64,000 nucleotides of DNA from Glaucostegus cemiculus (lineage: Eukaryota), in NCBI GenBank assembly GCA_976551045.1, contig CDPCPM010000091.1, positions 9,858,001 to 9,922,000 of the forward strand, in the 5' to 3' direction. A model generated the notes under the pieces. It saw nothing but the letters and a program-made list of their open reading frames with translations, made no database searches and was not told where the DNA came from. Numbering within the stretch: position 1 is the stretch's first letter; every line of letters starts with the position of its first letter. The translations under genes and the position numbers were made by a program. Shown piece by piece: positions 1-14,037 of the stretch.

Positions 1-235
1 CAGCTCGTTCACTTTAATAACTATTTATTCAATTACCTGCCGTATTTAACTTAACCTGCCGTATTTAATTTCATTTAAACTTCCGTGGTTTTTAATGTTT
101 TTTTGTTCAGTGTGTCTGTGTCTCTGCTGTTTGTTATTTAATGGGACGAGCACCTGAGGAGGACGGTATCTCGCTCCTATGCATGTTATGTGTGTTTATG
201 GTTGTGACAATAAAACTGATTCTGATTCTGATTCT
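1..235 (+). mobile_element. Rex-Babar LINE 3' UTR/tail (runs off window start)
   Basis: Highly similar to 60383-60602, the 3' UTR behind a Rex-type ORF2 C-terminus; ends AATAAAA(CTGATT)n. Confidence 0.8.
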
Positions 236-334
236 TTCATGTTGAGTCTCTTTTTGCATTATCCAAAGTTTGGCCAGAGGGAAAAGTTTACCTCATTATC
301 TCACCTCCTGCCTCACCCTTCAATGAGCACTGTA

Positions 335-420
335 AAAAGATGACTGAGCTGAAACGTTAACTTTGCTTCTTTCTCCTCAGGTGCAGCATAATCTGCTGTA
401 CTTCCAGCATTTTTTTTTTC
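335..420 (+). mobile_element. Degenerate Penelope terminal-repeat fragment
   Basis: ctgaaacgttaactttgcttctttctcctcaggtgcagc...ttccagcattttt resembles the right arms at 61060-61135 and 1660-1715. Confidence 0.45.
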
Positions 421-1529
421 TTCACACTAGAGAAAGCTGATTGTCAAATTTCTATATTGTTGAGGCAAAGGATTGCTCAGACAGGAACTCCAGATTTGGT
501 GCCGTAATATTAACGCAGTGGTCACAACGCATGCGAGTGAACACAATTCCTGGCTATAATTAGAGGTGAAACATACTTGTGGCCAAAAGCCCATCCCAAT
601 GCATTTCCAGTGGCAAAGTAAGGCCACAGGAATATTTGGAGCTCAGAAGTTCAAATGAAAGGCTGTAAATATAACTAACGTTCAAAGCTTTGCCTTGGCA
701 TTCATACATTCTGGAAAGGAATTTACTGCTGCCTTAGATTAATGTAGAACCATTCCTTTTTAAAGGACCTCAGCCAAATAATCTTTAACTAAAATAATAT
801 TTGACTTCCATCAAGTTATATGTATAAGATCATATGGGTATTAACAAATTACTTAATGACCCCCCAGAATTAGGATATCTTGATTTCTTTAAAAAAAAAC
901 CTTTTTCTTCAATAGATGTCAGTTGCAATATTTACTATGATAATGAAAATATTGATGTATGGCACTGTCATAAAGATATCCTGTATGTCAGTTTTTCTTT
1001 TCAGGAGCTGGAATGCTATAAATATATTCCAGCTGCAGCACATTTCCATAATTATTGAAAACATCACCAACTAATTACAGAAAATAGCAATGGTCCAAAG
1101 TGGCCCCTAATAATCTACTTAATAGACGAGCAGTATCTGCTGTATTTCAAAGAAGGGCATCAAGTCATCCTCGATGTTTAGTGCTAAGCTTTATTCAGGG
1201 TAATTATTGTTTTATGAAATGACGATGAAGTTGAAAGAAAATTGTGGGATTTCCATAATTATCAATTTTTAAATTAATCAGCAAGCATTATACTGAGGTT
1301 CTGAAGCCCGAAATCATTGGCTGCTATCGATATAAAACAGAACACTGCACCACTGGAAGTAAAAGCTACCTTCTACTGAGGGAAATAGAGCACTTAATTT
1401 ACATGGGATGTTGGCATTATCAAATTGTCCAGATCCTTCTTGCTTATGAAATGTAATGCAGATTTCACTGGTCATTTGAGCATGGAGTTTCTCCTGTGTT
1501 TTATCGGATAGTAACTTTCTCTAAAATCG

Positions 1530-1716
1530 AAACAACTGCAAATGTTGGAAATCTGAAATAGGAAAAGCAAATGCTGGAAACAGTCAGCAGCGCTGGCAGC
1601 ATCCATGCAAGGAGAAACAGAGTTAGTATGTCAGGTTGAAGACCCAAGAGTCTTCATGCTGAATCATTAGTGGTTTTTCCATCCACAGATGCCGCCTGAT
1701 GTGTTGAGTCATTTTC
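1530..1716. mobile_element. Old Penelope-derived fold-back element
   Basis: aactgcaaatgttggaaatctgaaa...gcagcatc, then inverted ccacagatgccgcctgatgtgttgagtc; same layout as 60925-61135. Confidence 0.6.
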
Positions 1717-2829
1717 CTCCTTTAGTGCATTCCTTATACCTTTCCCACATCCATATGCCCTTCTTCAGTCAGGAAGATGAGGTGTTCAGAGTTGCTGCCT
1801 TTCCAACCCCCTTCTATTTAATCTGTGTGACACATGAGGCCATTATGATCCAACCCAACCCCCACCCTCTGTGCTACGCTTTATTATGACAAGATACCAC
1901 ACTGAGCAACTGCATTGCGATTTCATAAAGCTTAATTTTGCCCAAGCACGTGTAAATCATACATCCTGTGCAAAAACAGTATTTCACTTCTCCACATCAT
2001 GCAAGTGGCCTCCCGCACCATTTTATTAGTTAAGGGAGCTGCTTGTCATTTGGCTCCAGTTTTTACAGCTTACAGTACCTCTATGTAGAACCAGGCTCCT
2101 GGGAGGCGAGACAGGCTTCTGAGGTGTAGAGTCGTGGTTTGCTTCTGGCCAAAATATCCATTCGAGATTTAGGACCCTGATTCCTGCTTCCTTCCTCTCC
2201 TCCATCTTTTTCATGCGTAGGAGGTCATGGAGGGGGACTGTGTGATATCCAGTAGTGGACTCCAAACCTTCTATGGTTGGCAGGTACTGCTGACATTAAC
2301 CACATAAGTGACTGCAATAGCAAAATATTGATGTTGCTTTGATTGGACATTGGTTATGTTAACAGTGGTGACCTCTATCAAGGGGCATTTATGCATATGA
2401 ATTCTGTCCAGGGACATTGGGACTCTCAGTGCTACCTTTACTGCTCCAATTAAGTGGGTAAAGTATGAATGTTACATCGACGTGAGCACTTAAAATTGGC
2501 TTCAAATGTCTTAGTCCTCCAACGGGGCACGAATAGGCACATCCTGTCTTTGGCAATTGTACAAAACAAGTGATGATAAATCTGTAAACAGTTTCACCTC
2601 TCCTCCAACTTTACATATTTTATGGCACAATTATTACCCGAAAATTTATTCCAGCAATATTAATAAATCAAGATCGCAAGTTAATACAATTCAAAAAATA
2701 TTTGGAGTGACTGGACTGGTTTTCTTCATGGTCCCTGCTATTGGTGGCTGTGTGCCCATTGACTTTCTGATTGGTTATTTTTGCTTCTTTATTGATTTTT
2801 TTTGTTGTTGTGTAGTTTGATTCTTTTCC

Positions 2830-4850
2830 CGTTTTATGAATGTGATTTTTGATCCAAACTGCCACAAAGGTATGAAGGATGATGAGGTGTGATGGCATAC
2901 ATTCTAGCCATAGTGCTCTGCTGATGGAGGAAGGGAATATGTAGGGTGTCAGGTGCAGTGTCAATTAAATGGGCTGTTTTGTCCTAAGTGGTGTCAAGCC
3001 ACTTGAGGGTTGTTGGAGCTGAACTCAGCCAGTGAAACTGAGAGTATTCCATCACAATCCTGGCGTGCCTTGTAGATAGTGGAAATGCTTCAGGGTGTCA
3101 GGAGATAAGTCACTCATTGCAGTATACTGAGATTCTGACTGATATTTATAGCCATAGTATTTATGTAGATGGTTCAGTTCAGCGTCTGCTCAATGGTGAC
3201 CCGATTGTAGAAGACTTGGTGATAGCAGTACCATTGAAAGTCATGATGGTTAGGTCCTGTTGGAGATAGTTTATGCATGGCACTTGCATGGAGAAAAGAT
3301 TTCTTGCTATTGTTCAAGTCTTGGTGCACATCAGTATGGTCTGCTTCATTGTCTGAGAAGTTGTGAATGAAATTGAATTGTGCAATCATCAGTGAGGATC
3401 CCCACTTATTTACTTTATGGAAAGAAGGTCATCAACGAAGAAGTTAGATATGGCTGGGTTTGAGGCACTGCCCTGAGGAACTCATGTAATGATGTTCTTG
3501 GGCTGTGATGATCTGCCTCCAACAATCATGACTATCTTGCTTTGATTAAGATTTGACTCAAATGAGGATTTTTCTTCCTCTCGATTTCAGGAGGCTTTGA
3601 CGCCACTCTAAGTCAATGGAACCATTCATAACTCACCTCCAGAAATCAGTTCTTTGGTCCACTTTCGGATCAAGGCAGAAATGAGCTCTGGAGCCACATG
3701 ATCCAGGCTTGAGAGCATTGTTGAAAACACTTCCCATTACTCTGATGATGATAGGGAGTAGACTAATGATGTGTAATTAATCAGATTGGAAATTCCCCAC
3801 TATGTAGTGTAGATACTAGAGAATGCTACTTCTGTTGGGCAAGTATTAACTGCTTCAGCTTGCTTGGTCCCACTTGCTGTATCCAGTCCTCTTAATCTTT
3901 TCTTGGTATGATCTGGAGGGCATCAAATCAGCTGAAGAATGGCTTCTGTAATGGCAGGTTTCCCATAAGCAAACCAAAATGGAACATCCACTTGGCTGAT
4001 GGTTGCCAGTTCTTCAGCCTTGTTTTGTTCCACCTTTGCTTACCGATCACATAGCCCAGACTATCGCATGCTGCTTCCACTGTTCAGTTTCAATTCCTCT
4101 TCAACAGATCAATAGGTTGCTATCTAATGTTATCTGCTGTTGGTGTCTGCTGTTGGCACCTGTCTTCTGCACCCAACATTTATGTGGGATTGGTCCCCTA
4201 GCCTGATGGAAGGATGAAGGTCCTGCCAGATATTGGAATAAATTCTACTGTTGCCAATAGTCCAAGGTGCTTCATCAAAGTCCATTGTTGAACAACCAGA
4301 TCTGCCCTGAAGCTGCCAAATTTAGAAAAATGGTTGTGACACAAGATGGAAAATTAATATCCTCAATGCAAAGGCAGGATATCATCTCCACAGGTTTGTG
4401 TTATGGTCACAACTATTGATACTCTCATGGGTAAAGGCAACTGCAGCAGGTAAATGAGTGAAGACACCAAGTAGATGTGATGTACAGATCCTGGCCAGAT
4501 TGGTCAGCGATGGTGATATCAAAGCCTTCATGGTAGCAATCAATGATGTTTTCACTGGAGTATGTTCTTTAACCATCCTACTTCCAGTATCCTAGTGGGG
4601 GACTATTGATTATTTGGCTAATAGAAGAGGTTGACTTGCCTATATTTGATCTGATGCCAGACTTAGTGATCTCCATGGTCAATGCATATTGCATCTTGGT
4701 GCTGTACCACAATATCATCACTTCTATCAGATCCAGTTGTTGCTCAGGTCATCTGTAGGATTGCTCTACCAATTTAGACATTGGTCCCCAACGTTTTATA
4801 TGGAGGACTTTACAGATTAAGTTGGAACAGGTGTGCCAGTGGTTCTAAAG
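2830..4850 (-). mobile_element. Ancient degenerate CR1/L2-group LINE ORF2 relic
   Basis: Minus strand near 2960-3130 gives remnants of an ORF2 C-terminal motif (..VTYLLTP..STIYKA..MEYS..APTTLK..). Many stops; ends approximate. Confidence 0.55.
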
Positions 4851-7800
4851 TGCTTTTAAATACTAATGTTGGAGAATACATAAAATAATTCTTCATAAAA
4901 GCTACAATGACACCAAAATACTTCTGATTTTTTAAAAATATTCCTTTTAAATGTGTGCATGATTTACTATTTATTTTCCAATGGCATAGAGAAATTCACT
5001 GTGTGTGTTTGTTTCTTCTTCTCTAACATAAATTCAGTGGTGTCTTTATTTTCCATTGTTGTTTTCCTCTTTAATGTTATGCCATGTCTTCCATACATTA
5101 AGCAGTTCAGTGTTTATGTTTCAAGTGAAAATTTTTGAGAATAAGAATTTAGTAATAATGACATTAAACATACAAAAAAGAAACTGCACTATGAGAAGCA
5201 GAAAGTCTCATCAAGAATCATCAGACCTATAAAACACATCAGTGTGGTACTAAGTGTGAACACAATTCATTTTTAGTCATGTGTGGTTTTTGTTAGAAAG
5301 CCATATCTTGTCATTGTCATGATAGGCTTGGTAAAATGGGACCTTATTGACCAAGTGATTTCTTTTTACAGTAAACATGCTGAACTGAAGGATGTTTCAC
5401 ACCAGGGACATTAAAACTACTTCTGGTGGAGATCAAACACCATTGATACTATTGCTTCCCAAATCCCATCTGTGATAAAATTGATTTAACAGATAGGATA
5501 AGATGTTTGGCAACAATGTCTTCTAGTGCCCGCTGTGTGAGACACCAGGGGATGATCATTACACCCCAGTTACCAGAAAGAAATGACACAAGTAAATGTG
5601 AACGTAAACAAACAGGCAAGTGATCAATAATACAGGCCAACAAACCAGTCTGCATTCAATGCGAATCACAGATTATATCCATTCCAAAAATAATAACAAG
5701 TTGCCGAGGTCACCAAGACGAGGGCAAATCAGAAAAGGGGCAATATCAGAGAAAGATGAATAAAGATGCCACATTGCTTTGGACAAACTTAATTTGTGAA
5801 CACTGCCCAGCCAATATCAATAAATATCAATGACAGCTGGGGAAGGATGCTTCATTATGGTGTAGGGTACAATCAATTGACAGAAGAACTCCAGGACATG
5901 ACCTTCTGTAACCTAGTAAAGGCTGTTTTCTCACCTGCATGAATAACACATCACAAAGGATGCGAAGACTGGGTGAAAATTCCATCTAACTGACAGAGGA
6001 CCAAGGAGAAAGCAGAAACAAAGGTTACAGATCATCTTTACCGAAGCAAAGTAAAAGTGCCCTTAATCTCCATTGTAAGTTTTGGACAGTATTATAGTAA
6101 CTTTGCTATTTTAATATCATTCTCAGATCTTCAACATATTATATGAGCTGTAAAAAATAACTTTCAAACTGCCCCTTTTTTCTACCATAGTTTACTTTAT
6201 CAATATCCTGAGTTTAACACTGTTTCTCTTTCTATTCTCTCTTTCCATTAACAAGGGCATCCATGTTTGTGCTTTGTTCGTCCATCTGCTTTTAATGCTC
6301 TCTCTTAACCTACCAAACATTCCTCAGCACCAGCCCATAGAACCTTCCTTTTCTTCACACATATTGTTGAATATCCATTATGTTTTTGATGCTCCATTGT
6401 CTTCCACTTATCTTCCAATATTTTTGCATCTCAGATAATACAGATACTACAAAACATATTTCCTTTTGGGTATTGTATAATTGTTCTATCAGTTGACTTT
6501 GCATCTGGATGATGTTACATCTGGAACCATATCTTTATTGGAAGTATTAAAATTAAAGAACTGTGAGCATTTTGGGAACAAAGGCAAGTTCTGTTCTTAT
6601 GCGGTATTAATAATTTATATCATTATACCAGCAGGGGTCACTCATACAATAAATTTCAATGGTGCCCTCATGCCCTTTTCTGAGTACCCCTTGTGTCCAT
6701 CACATGCACACAGACGTAACTTTTACTAAGTTCATGTTGGCCACCCAATGTAACATCTATTATTCACATTTTGGTAAAGCTGTAACAAACGAGAAAGAGG
6801 TACAGGGCAAAACATTTTTATCTTAAAAAATAACCTGTTACTTACATATCTTGTATTCATATTACACTGTCAGTAAACAATGTTATATTAGTTTTACTGT
6901 AATAAAAGAAAATGAAAATGGTTGTTTTTTGAACTATGTTTGCCTATTTACACAATCTACTGATTGACACTGTGTAATTACCTTGAATTAAGAGTAGTAA
7001 TTAAAATGCATTAGCAAAATGTGCTTGTTGGAGAAGAGCTGTAACTTCATTCATCTTCCTTATCACTTCACTTTGTTATACATGGAAGTCAAATTATTGC
7101 AATATTTACGCATCATTGTATCACAAGTCAAACACAGAACATTGCTTCTTTAATAACTAAGTTGCCCTTAATAAAGCTACTAAAAAACATTTCTGTCTAA
7201 TGTTTTCCCAATATTAATGTTACTCTTAAAGCAAGAAAACCCATTAAAGATCATGTAAATTCTTCCCTGGCATGGTAAATGTTACAGAGCCAACATGTCC
7301 TTTCTCATGTCTTAGCACTGCATTTCTGAAGATGCAGGAGAAATAAAAGCAATGTTACTTTGATTCAGAACACAAGATCGAAAAAGATGCCTGAATAAAG
7401 ATGTATATTATGACTTTCTTTAATATTTAAGTCAGACATTCATTGATTTGTTTCTTGTTTTCAGCAGACCTTGACAACATGATAAAATAAATCATAAAAA
7501 TAAAATGTGGTGGTAACATCGTTTATGGACTTCATACAGTCATCAATCTCTGGCAGTGAGTGAATTACCACTGCAGCCAAAGATCTATGCTTCTTAGACT
7601 TCAATAGGATACTAGCAACTTTTTTTTTCTCCACAGCTACTTCGAATGCTTGTGACTGGTAAGTATTATTACTGTTTTTTTGAGAGTTTGTTTTATAGTG
7701 GCTGGCTGGTATGCGTTTCTGAAGGAATTTTTTTTTCAGACTTTTTTGGGTAAAGTCAATGTGCACACAAATTCAGGGAATGGAAGGGTCCCCAATGTGT

Positions 7801-8169
7801 AGCTTTGCAGTCACTATGTGCCAGGGAATGTGAGGGAGGCCTTATCCCATAATTCTGCACAAGACAAAATCAAAATTAATCCTGCACACCCCACAAGATT
7901 GAAACCATTGGCCTGGATTTTGTGGCTGTAATAACATGTGAACTGTCTTCTTTGGCCATCATTACTCTGTAAAACTGACAGCAAAGTCTGCATCAGTTGA
8001 ATGGAGAAATCCAGCAGTTACTGCCATTGATGTTCTGCTCCTCCATGGGTTATGCTGTTGCACTTAACACTGAATCACTGATCCAACATCAGCTTCAGCT
8101 TTTTACACGGTTCTGTTGCTGCAAACCTAGACTTTATACATATAAAGAAAAAGCAGTTAACCACAAGAC

Positions 8170-8376
8170 TAGTGGGTTATGGTGAAAGCCCACCTGGTTC
8201 ATTAACATGCTTCAGGGAAAGAAACCTTCTCTCCTCACCTGGTTCAACCTATAGGCAATTCCACACCCACCAATGTGGTTAATTCAAAACTGCTTCCTCA
8301 GATCAGGATCTGTCAAGGATTGACAATAAACGTCAGCTTTGCCAGCAACATCCACATCCCATGCACAAATGAAAAA
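8170..8376 (+). mobile_element. Old SINE/LINE 3' tail
   Basis: caataaacgtcagctttgccagcaacatccacatcccatg; related minus-strand copies near 41030-41130, 46420-46600 and 51080-51190. Confidence 0.45.
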
Positions 8377-8832
8377 CAAAACATTGACCACAATAAGCCT
8401 CTCCAAATGAGATTTAATTGAGTTTCATAATGAATTATTAAGTCATTATTTTTCTCAAGGTTTCTCTCAAAATTAAACTTACAAGTATTGCATACATAAT
8501 AATAATTATTTAGATTTTAAAACTAATGTTTCATATCTTTAGTAAAGTTTATGACACTTCAGCTACAAGGAAAATATAATTCTAATTGCCCCACACCCTG
8601 GAAGTTCAAGGCTTGTGTAACACACTACAAAGCAAAAGAGAGAGACAAAAGACTGCAGATGCCGGGATCTGAAGCAAGAAACAAACTTCTGGAGGAACTC
8701 TGCGGGTCAGGCAACATCTGTGCAGACAGTGAAGTTAATCATTTTGTTTTTGCTGAAGCACACTGTTCACCAGAAATCAAACTGCTGGAGGAACTCAGCA
8801 GGTCAGGCAGCATCTGCGGGGGGAATGGAATT

Positions 8833-8866
8833 GTTGACGTTTCAGGCTGAGACCCTGCATCAAGAC
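8833..8866 (-). ncRNA. Minimal type I hammerhead-ribozyme-like motif with non-canonical core
   Basis: Minus strand gtc-TTGATGC-agggtctcagcct-GAAAC-GTC-aac versus canonical CUGANGA/stem II/GAAAC-GUC; lies in the PLE terminal repeat, where such motifs are known. Confidence 0.5.
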
Positions 8867-9223
8867 TGGGTACAGACAGATAGCCAGTATAAAGTGGTAA
8901 AGGCGAGGGTTGAGGCAGGAGCTGGCAGATGATAGTTGGAACCAGGTGAGGCGGGGGATGATGGGAAGATGGAGCCAGCTGGGGCAGGGGATAAGAGGGT
9001 GGAGGTAGAAACAGAAGCTGGAAAGTGATGTGGAGACAACAAAGAATTGCAGTTCTGGAATCTGAAACAGAATCTGTAAGGAAGGTGATGAGTGGAACCT
9101 GATAACAGAGGGATAATGGGCAGATTGAATGAGTTGGAGAGGGGGAAGAAACTGGGTAATGTGGGCAGGGGAGAGTGGTTGGAAATAAGGCGGGGGTGAG
9201 AGAAGCTGGGTGAATCACGAGCT

Positions 9224-9467
9224 GGGTGGCACGATAGCGTAGCGGTTAGCGCGACGCCGTTACAGCGCCAGCGATCGGGGGTTCGATTCCCGTCGCTGCC
9301 TGTAAGGAGTTTGTACGTTCTCCCGTGTCTGCGTGGGTTTCCTCCGGGTGCTCCGGTTTCCTCCCACATTCTGAAAAACGTACGGGTAGGTGAATTTGGG
9401 GGTTTAAAATGGGTGGCGTGGACTCGGAGGGCCGAAAGGGCCTGTTACCATGCTGTAAATAAAAAAA
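9224..9467 (+). mobile_element. Young tRNA-derived V-SINE (HE1-like)
   Basis: A-box tagcgtagcgg, B-box ggttcgattcc, V-domain gggtttcctccgggtgctccggtttcctcccaca, CR1-like tail gggccgaaagggcctgt, A-rich end; CpG-rich; imperfect TSD aatcacgag/aatcaggag. Confidence 0.9.
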
Positions 9468-12399
9468 AATCAGGAGAGAGAAAGGAACACAGGGAACATG
9501 GGTTACCTGAATTTGGAAAATTCAATGTTGGTGCCATTGGGTAGTAGACTTCCCAGGGGGAATATGGGGGACTGTTCTTCTAGCTTGCATTTGGCCTCAT
9601 CCTAACCCTGGATACGGCCAAGGTCAGACAGCTCAGTGGGAATTGGAAGGGGAGCTGAATGGCATCAACCAGGAGGTCAAGATGGCCATTACAGAGTGCA
9701 GGTTCTTGGCCAAGCGGTTGCTTGGTCTTGCCAATGTAGAGTAGGCCACATCTGAGCACTGAGAGTCTCTGCCTCATCTGGAAGGGCAACTTAGGTCACA
9801 GGAGGGAGGAGAGGCAGGGACTGGTGCTTCACATCTTATGGTGGCAGGGGCAAGTACCAGGGTATGAGGAGGGATGGGTGGGGAGGGATGAGTGAACCAG
9901 GGAGTCATGGAGAGAGTGTTCCCTGCAGAAAGCAGAGAAGGGTGGGGAGGGAAAGATATAACTGGCGGTGGGACCACATAGCAGCTGGTGGAAATGATAA
10001 AGAATTATGAGCCAGATGCGGAGTCTGGTAGGGTGAAAGGAAAGGCCCAAGGGAACTCTGTCACTGTTCTGTCTAGGGGCAGGTGATGGAAGAGCAGAAG
10101 TGCGGGGAATGGAGGAGATGTGGGTGAGGGCTCCATCAACCACAATAACGGGAAAGTCATGTTTCCTGAAAAAGGAGGACATTTCAGATGTCCTGGAACT
10201 AGAAGCCTCATCTCAAGATTACAAATTTCACCTACATACCAACTCTGAACCTGTTGAACCTGTCTCAATTTAACTCCTTTTCATCAATGCATATTTACCT
10301 CTGGACTTGATTGTTCCAATGCTCTCCCAATAAGGTTCTCCTCTTCCACTCTACATAATCCGAAGCTCATCCAGGTTGTTGCAGTTTGTGTCCTAATTCA
10401 TGCCAAGTCCGCGCCTGATGTTCTATTTTCACTTCTGGTTAAGCTATGCGTTGAGTTAAAGAATCCTTACTTTCTGATCACTTTTCTATAAACTGTTCCA
10501 CACCATTCAAATCAGTCCTCCTGCATATCCCCGATTTTAATTGTTCCACCCATTGCCTTCAGAGGACGAAACAGTAAAACCCGTGGTTCCCTCCCCAAAT
10601 ATCTGTCCTTTTTACTTCTCACTGACCTGTTAAGATTCTTCTTTGAACCCACCTCTCTGATTATGCACCATATAACATAAAGATCACCACCATGACTAGT
10701 TTTGATCATCCAAGCCCAAACGAGATTTTCACCATTTTTTCCCCCTGGTTTGTGCGGACTACTATCTGTTTACTTGCAGACTTCAGCTGAGATGGAATAT
10801 GTAGAGTCGATGTGTATATTACACAGGGAAATAAATATATATGGGACATTCTAGAGTAAGTGTTTTCCATCTGACTTTAAGGCTACAACAAAAAAGAGCT
10901 GGGGAAAGAAGGCTATATTTGGATGCAGAGTAAGTACAGTAAATGTTGAGATTGTATTTATTATTGATGTAAACCCATACCTTGATCTTCTGTTTTAAAC
11001 CAATTGAGAAACCACAATCCAACCTGGAATGGCATAAATTGAACAATCCGGTAGGAACATGAAAGCAAAAAGACCATACTGTTGGCTTTAACTTTTAATT
11101 AAGTGATTAATCACGAGTTTGTGATGCTTAATTTTGTTATGGAGTATAAAACTGCCAAAATAGTCCCAACAGATTTGTAGCTCATAACATGGTCAATGCA
11201 AAGAGCCATGAGGCAGGATAAATGACTTGATGAACATTTTGTCTCAAGTTTGAACAAGTTAGTATCAAGACTTTTGGTTAAGAATTTGATTATGATCTAT
11301 CGACTGGAAACAACTGCTGTAGTTTTATTGATCTACTGAAGCTGTGTACAATATGCCAAGAGAAATATGTCAGCTAGATTCCAAAGTGAACTAAATGGTC
11401 TGAGTTGTACTGTCTGCTGAACCAATGATCAAATATAGTAGAAACCAGAAAGTTAGAAAGGAAATAGGATGAAAGGAAAAATAACACTCAACAAGAATGA
11501 AACATTAAAGCAAATGATGACTAATCATTTATATTTATGTATCAAGGTCCAAGTACCAAGACTAAAGATGCCAGCAATAGTCTTCTCAAAAACCACGGAG
11601 ATTATGATGGGTAAAATGATTCCTAACACAACTGATTTCTGGGCAAAACCTCATTCTGGATCTGACCTTTCAAGTTAGTAGCCAAGGAGTTCAAAGTACA
11701 AATACAACAGTTATTATTTTCCACTATTACTCTTCTGTTATTTTGAATCATAATGCTGATTAACCAATACTAAATGTCCTAAAAACATAAATTTGGCAGT
11801 GATACTTTCTCACTAAAAGCAGAGTTATTCTGAATGTCTTTAGGGCCTCTGCTTTCCTCAGAAACTGAAAATTCCAGTATTTCATATAATAATTGAAGTA
11901 AAATCTATATAATATTATAAAATTTCCTGATATCATGGCTAACTTATTAAACAAATGGTATTTCCATCTTAAAGTCTTCTGCCTGAAGGTTACGGGGTCT
12001 CTTACCTACCTGGATTTGATCTTCCAACAATGACTCAGTGTTGTACTTTGAGCACGTGCTCTTCATTACGATTCCCGGGGTACACCTGTGATATTTACGT
12101 ATCTCAATTGATACAACAATCCTCCTCTATTCCCAACAATATCTGTTTGATATATTTTCGGGCTCAGAATACAAGCACAGGATTCATGTCAAAACCTTCA
12201 GTCAGGTGGTTCGGTTTTGGCAATTTAATAATACACTAGAAAGATTGTATGGAATCAAGAAAGGAGGGGGGAGAAAAGAATATTTCAAACATGACAGACT
12301 GTTGTAGTTTCTCCTTTTGTTCAAATTGTAGAGAGGAAAACAGAATCACCAGAGAGGCAGGCGGACACACAGGCACAGGGAGAGGTAGACTCAGGAACT

Positions 12400-13420
12400 C
12401 ATTACAAAATATTGAATTTAACAAAAGTGAAGGCATAACAAAGATGTTATGGGTCAGATCCAGGATTTACTCACCCTGAGTGCTGTCATATTCATCCAAT
12501 GCTTCCCTGCCGACTGACACCAGGAATCCATCAGAGAACCAGACCTCACGTTTCAATCTTTACTTCTAAATAACATCAGGTTTCCTTCTCAATACTTCTT
12601 TCGGAATTCCACCTCTCAGTGATGCAAAACAAAGGGATTTCTCCCGATTCCATGTCCTCCACTCCACCCTAGTGTGTAACCTCTCCCTCAGACTCCCATC
12701 TGACAAAGGCAAGCATCACCCTGAGTGCCAACATAATTCGGAGACAGGCTGGTAACTCACATTTCCTTTGCCCAATACTGTTGAATATGAATGCCTGGAA
12801 CTTCGTTTGTTCTGATCTTGGAACATTATACAGTTGCTGTGTGTTTCTCCAACACCAAATTTACCTCATCTACCCTGTCATGCCCCCATAAGGTCATTTT
12901 TATGCTGTATAAGATGTTAATAGAAGTTTAGATATTAAGTGAATAAGGGGATAAGGTTAGTGCAGGAAAGTTGTGCTGGGAGAAATCAGCCATGATCTTA
13001 TTGAATGGCGGAATGTGAGGGATTTGTAAACCTATAGGTATGTTTTTGTCAGGAAACACATCCGTGTACAGGAAGGAGGATGCTGCAGTGGCTGTTCTGT
13101 GTATTTCAAGTGGCTGCCATCAGTTTCCCACACAGCAGTTACAGCAGAGGTTCAGCCTTTGGAGAGAGAAACTAGAGGGCAGCCCGACAGCAACTGCGGA
13201 TACAGTGGCCTCTGTGGAGGGGTGAGAGAGGCAGCAGAGGGGAGGCACTCCCTAGTTCATACACAGGCATACTGAGATCTGGTTGAGGGACATCCAGGAA
13301 GGAGTTGCGGTGCACCAGGTGGCCAGAAGGCTCTCAAGCTTAGCCATTTGTTTGGAATACCAGGAGCTGGCAAAGCTGCCACCCTCAAGGAGATATAGGC
13401 TGAAAGCAATGGAAAATGCT
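12400..13420 (-). mobile_element. Possible very degenerate PIF/Harbinger transposase relic
   Basis: GC-richer island with only weak minus-strand echoes of Harbinger motifs. Confidence 0.3.
12905..13015 (+). mobile_element. CR1 3' tail fragment
   Basis: ggttagtgcaggaaag...atcagccatgatcttattgaatggcgga; similar to 14405-14575. Confidence 0.55.
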
Positions 13421-13536
13421 GAATAAAGTAATACACAGGCACACTTTATACACATGTACACACATGCATGCACATGCATGCACTACTAAGCTCAGGACAT
13501 CACAGCTTGGTGATAAAGCAATGTTTTTTCTTACTT

Positions 13537-14037
13537 CATAGAACATAGAACAGTACAGCACAGGAACAGGCCCTTTAGCTCACCATGTACAGAACTAATT
13601 AAGCTAATGAATCTGTTCTGCCTGCACATGGTCCATATTCATCCATGTGCTGCACACTCATCTGCCTATCCAAAATCCTCTTAAACACCTCTATTGTATC
13701 TGCCTCCACCACCACCCCAGGCAGCACATTCCAGGCACCCACCACACTCTGTGTAAAAAACCTGCCCCATACATCTCCTTTGAACTTTGCCCCTCTCACC
13801 TTAAATGTATGCCCTCTAGTATTAGACATTTGACCCTAGGAAAAGGATATTGGCTGTCTACTCTGTCTTTGACTCTCATAATTTTACGAACTTCTATCAA
13901 GTCTGCCTTTAGCCTCTGCCGCTCCAGAGAAAACAACCATAGTTTGTCGAACTTCTCCTAAAACCATATACCCTCAAATTCAGGCAGCAGCCTGGTAAAC
14001 TTCTTCTGAACCCTTTCCATACTACCCTTCACATCCT
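13537..14037 (-). mobile_element. CR1 (HER1-like) LINE 3' fragment
   Basis: ORF 13599-13829(-) TRGHTFKVRG..FFTQSVVGAWNVLP; (CATAGAA)n tail. Confidence 0.9.

Larger units (their letters stand above)
8636..10212 (-). mobile_element. Penelope-like element, 5'-truncated: RT linker and GIY-YIG remnant plus terminal repeat; interrupted by a SINE
   Basis: ORF 9580-9789(-) has CGLLYIGKTKQPLG (GIY-YIG type). ORF 9829-10182(-) MSSFFRKHDFP..DRVPLGLSFHPT resembles the PLE thumb/linker. Terminal repeat with hammerhead-like motif at 8833-8866. Confidence 0.85.

Noticed and set aside
9224-9300. A tRNA gene (also 55425-55501)
   Set aside because: The head runs straight into the V-domain and LINE tail, so it is a SINE.
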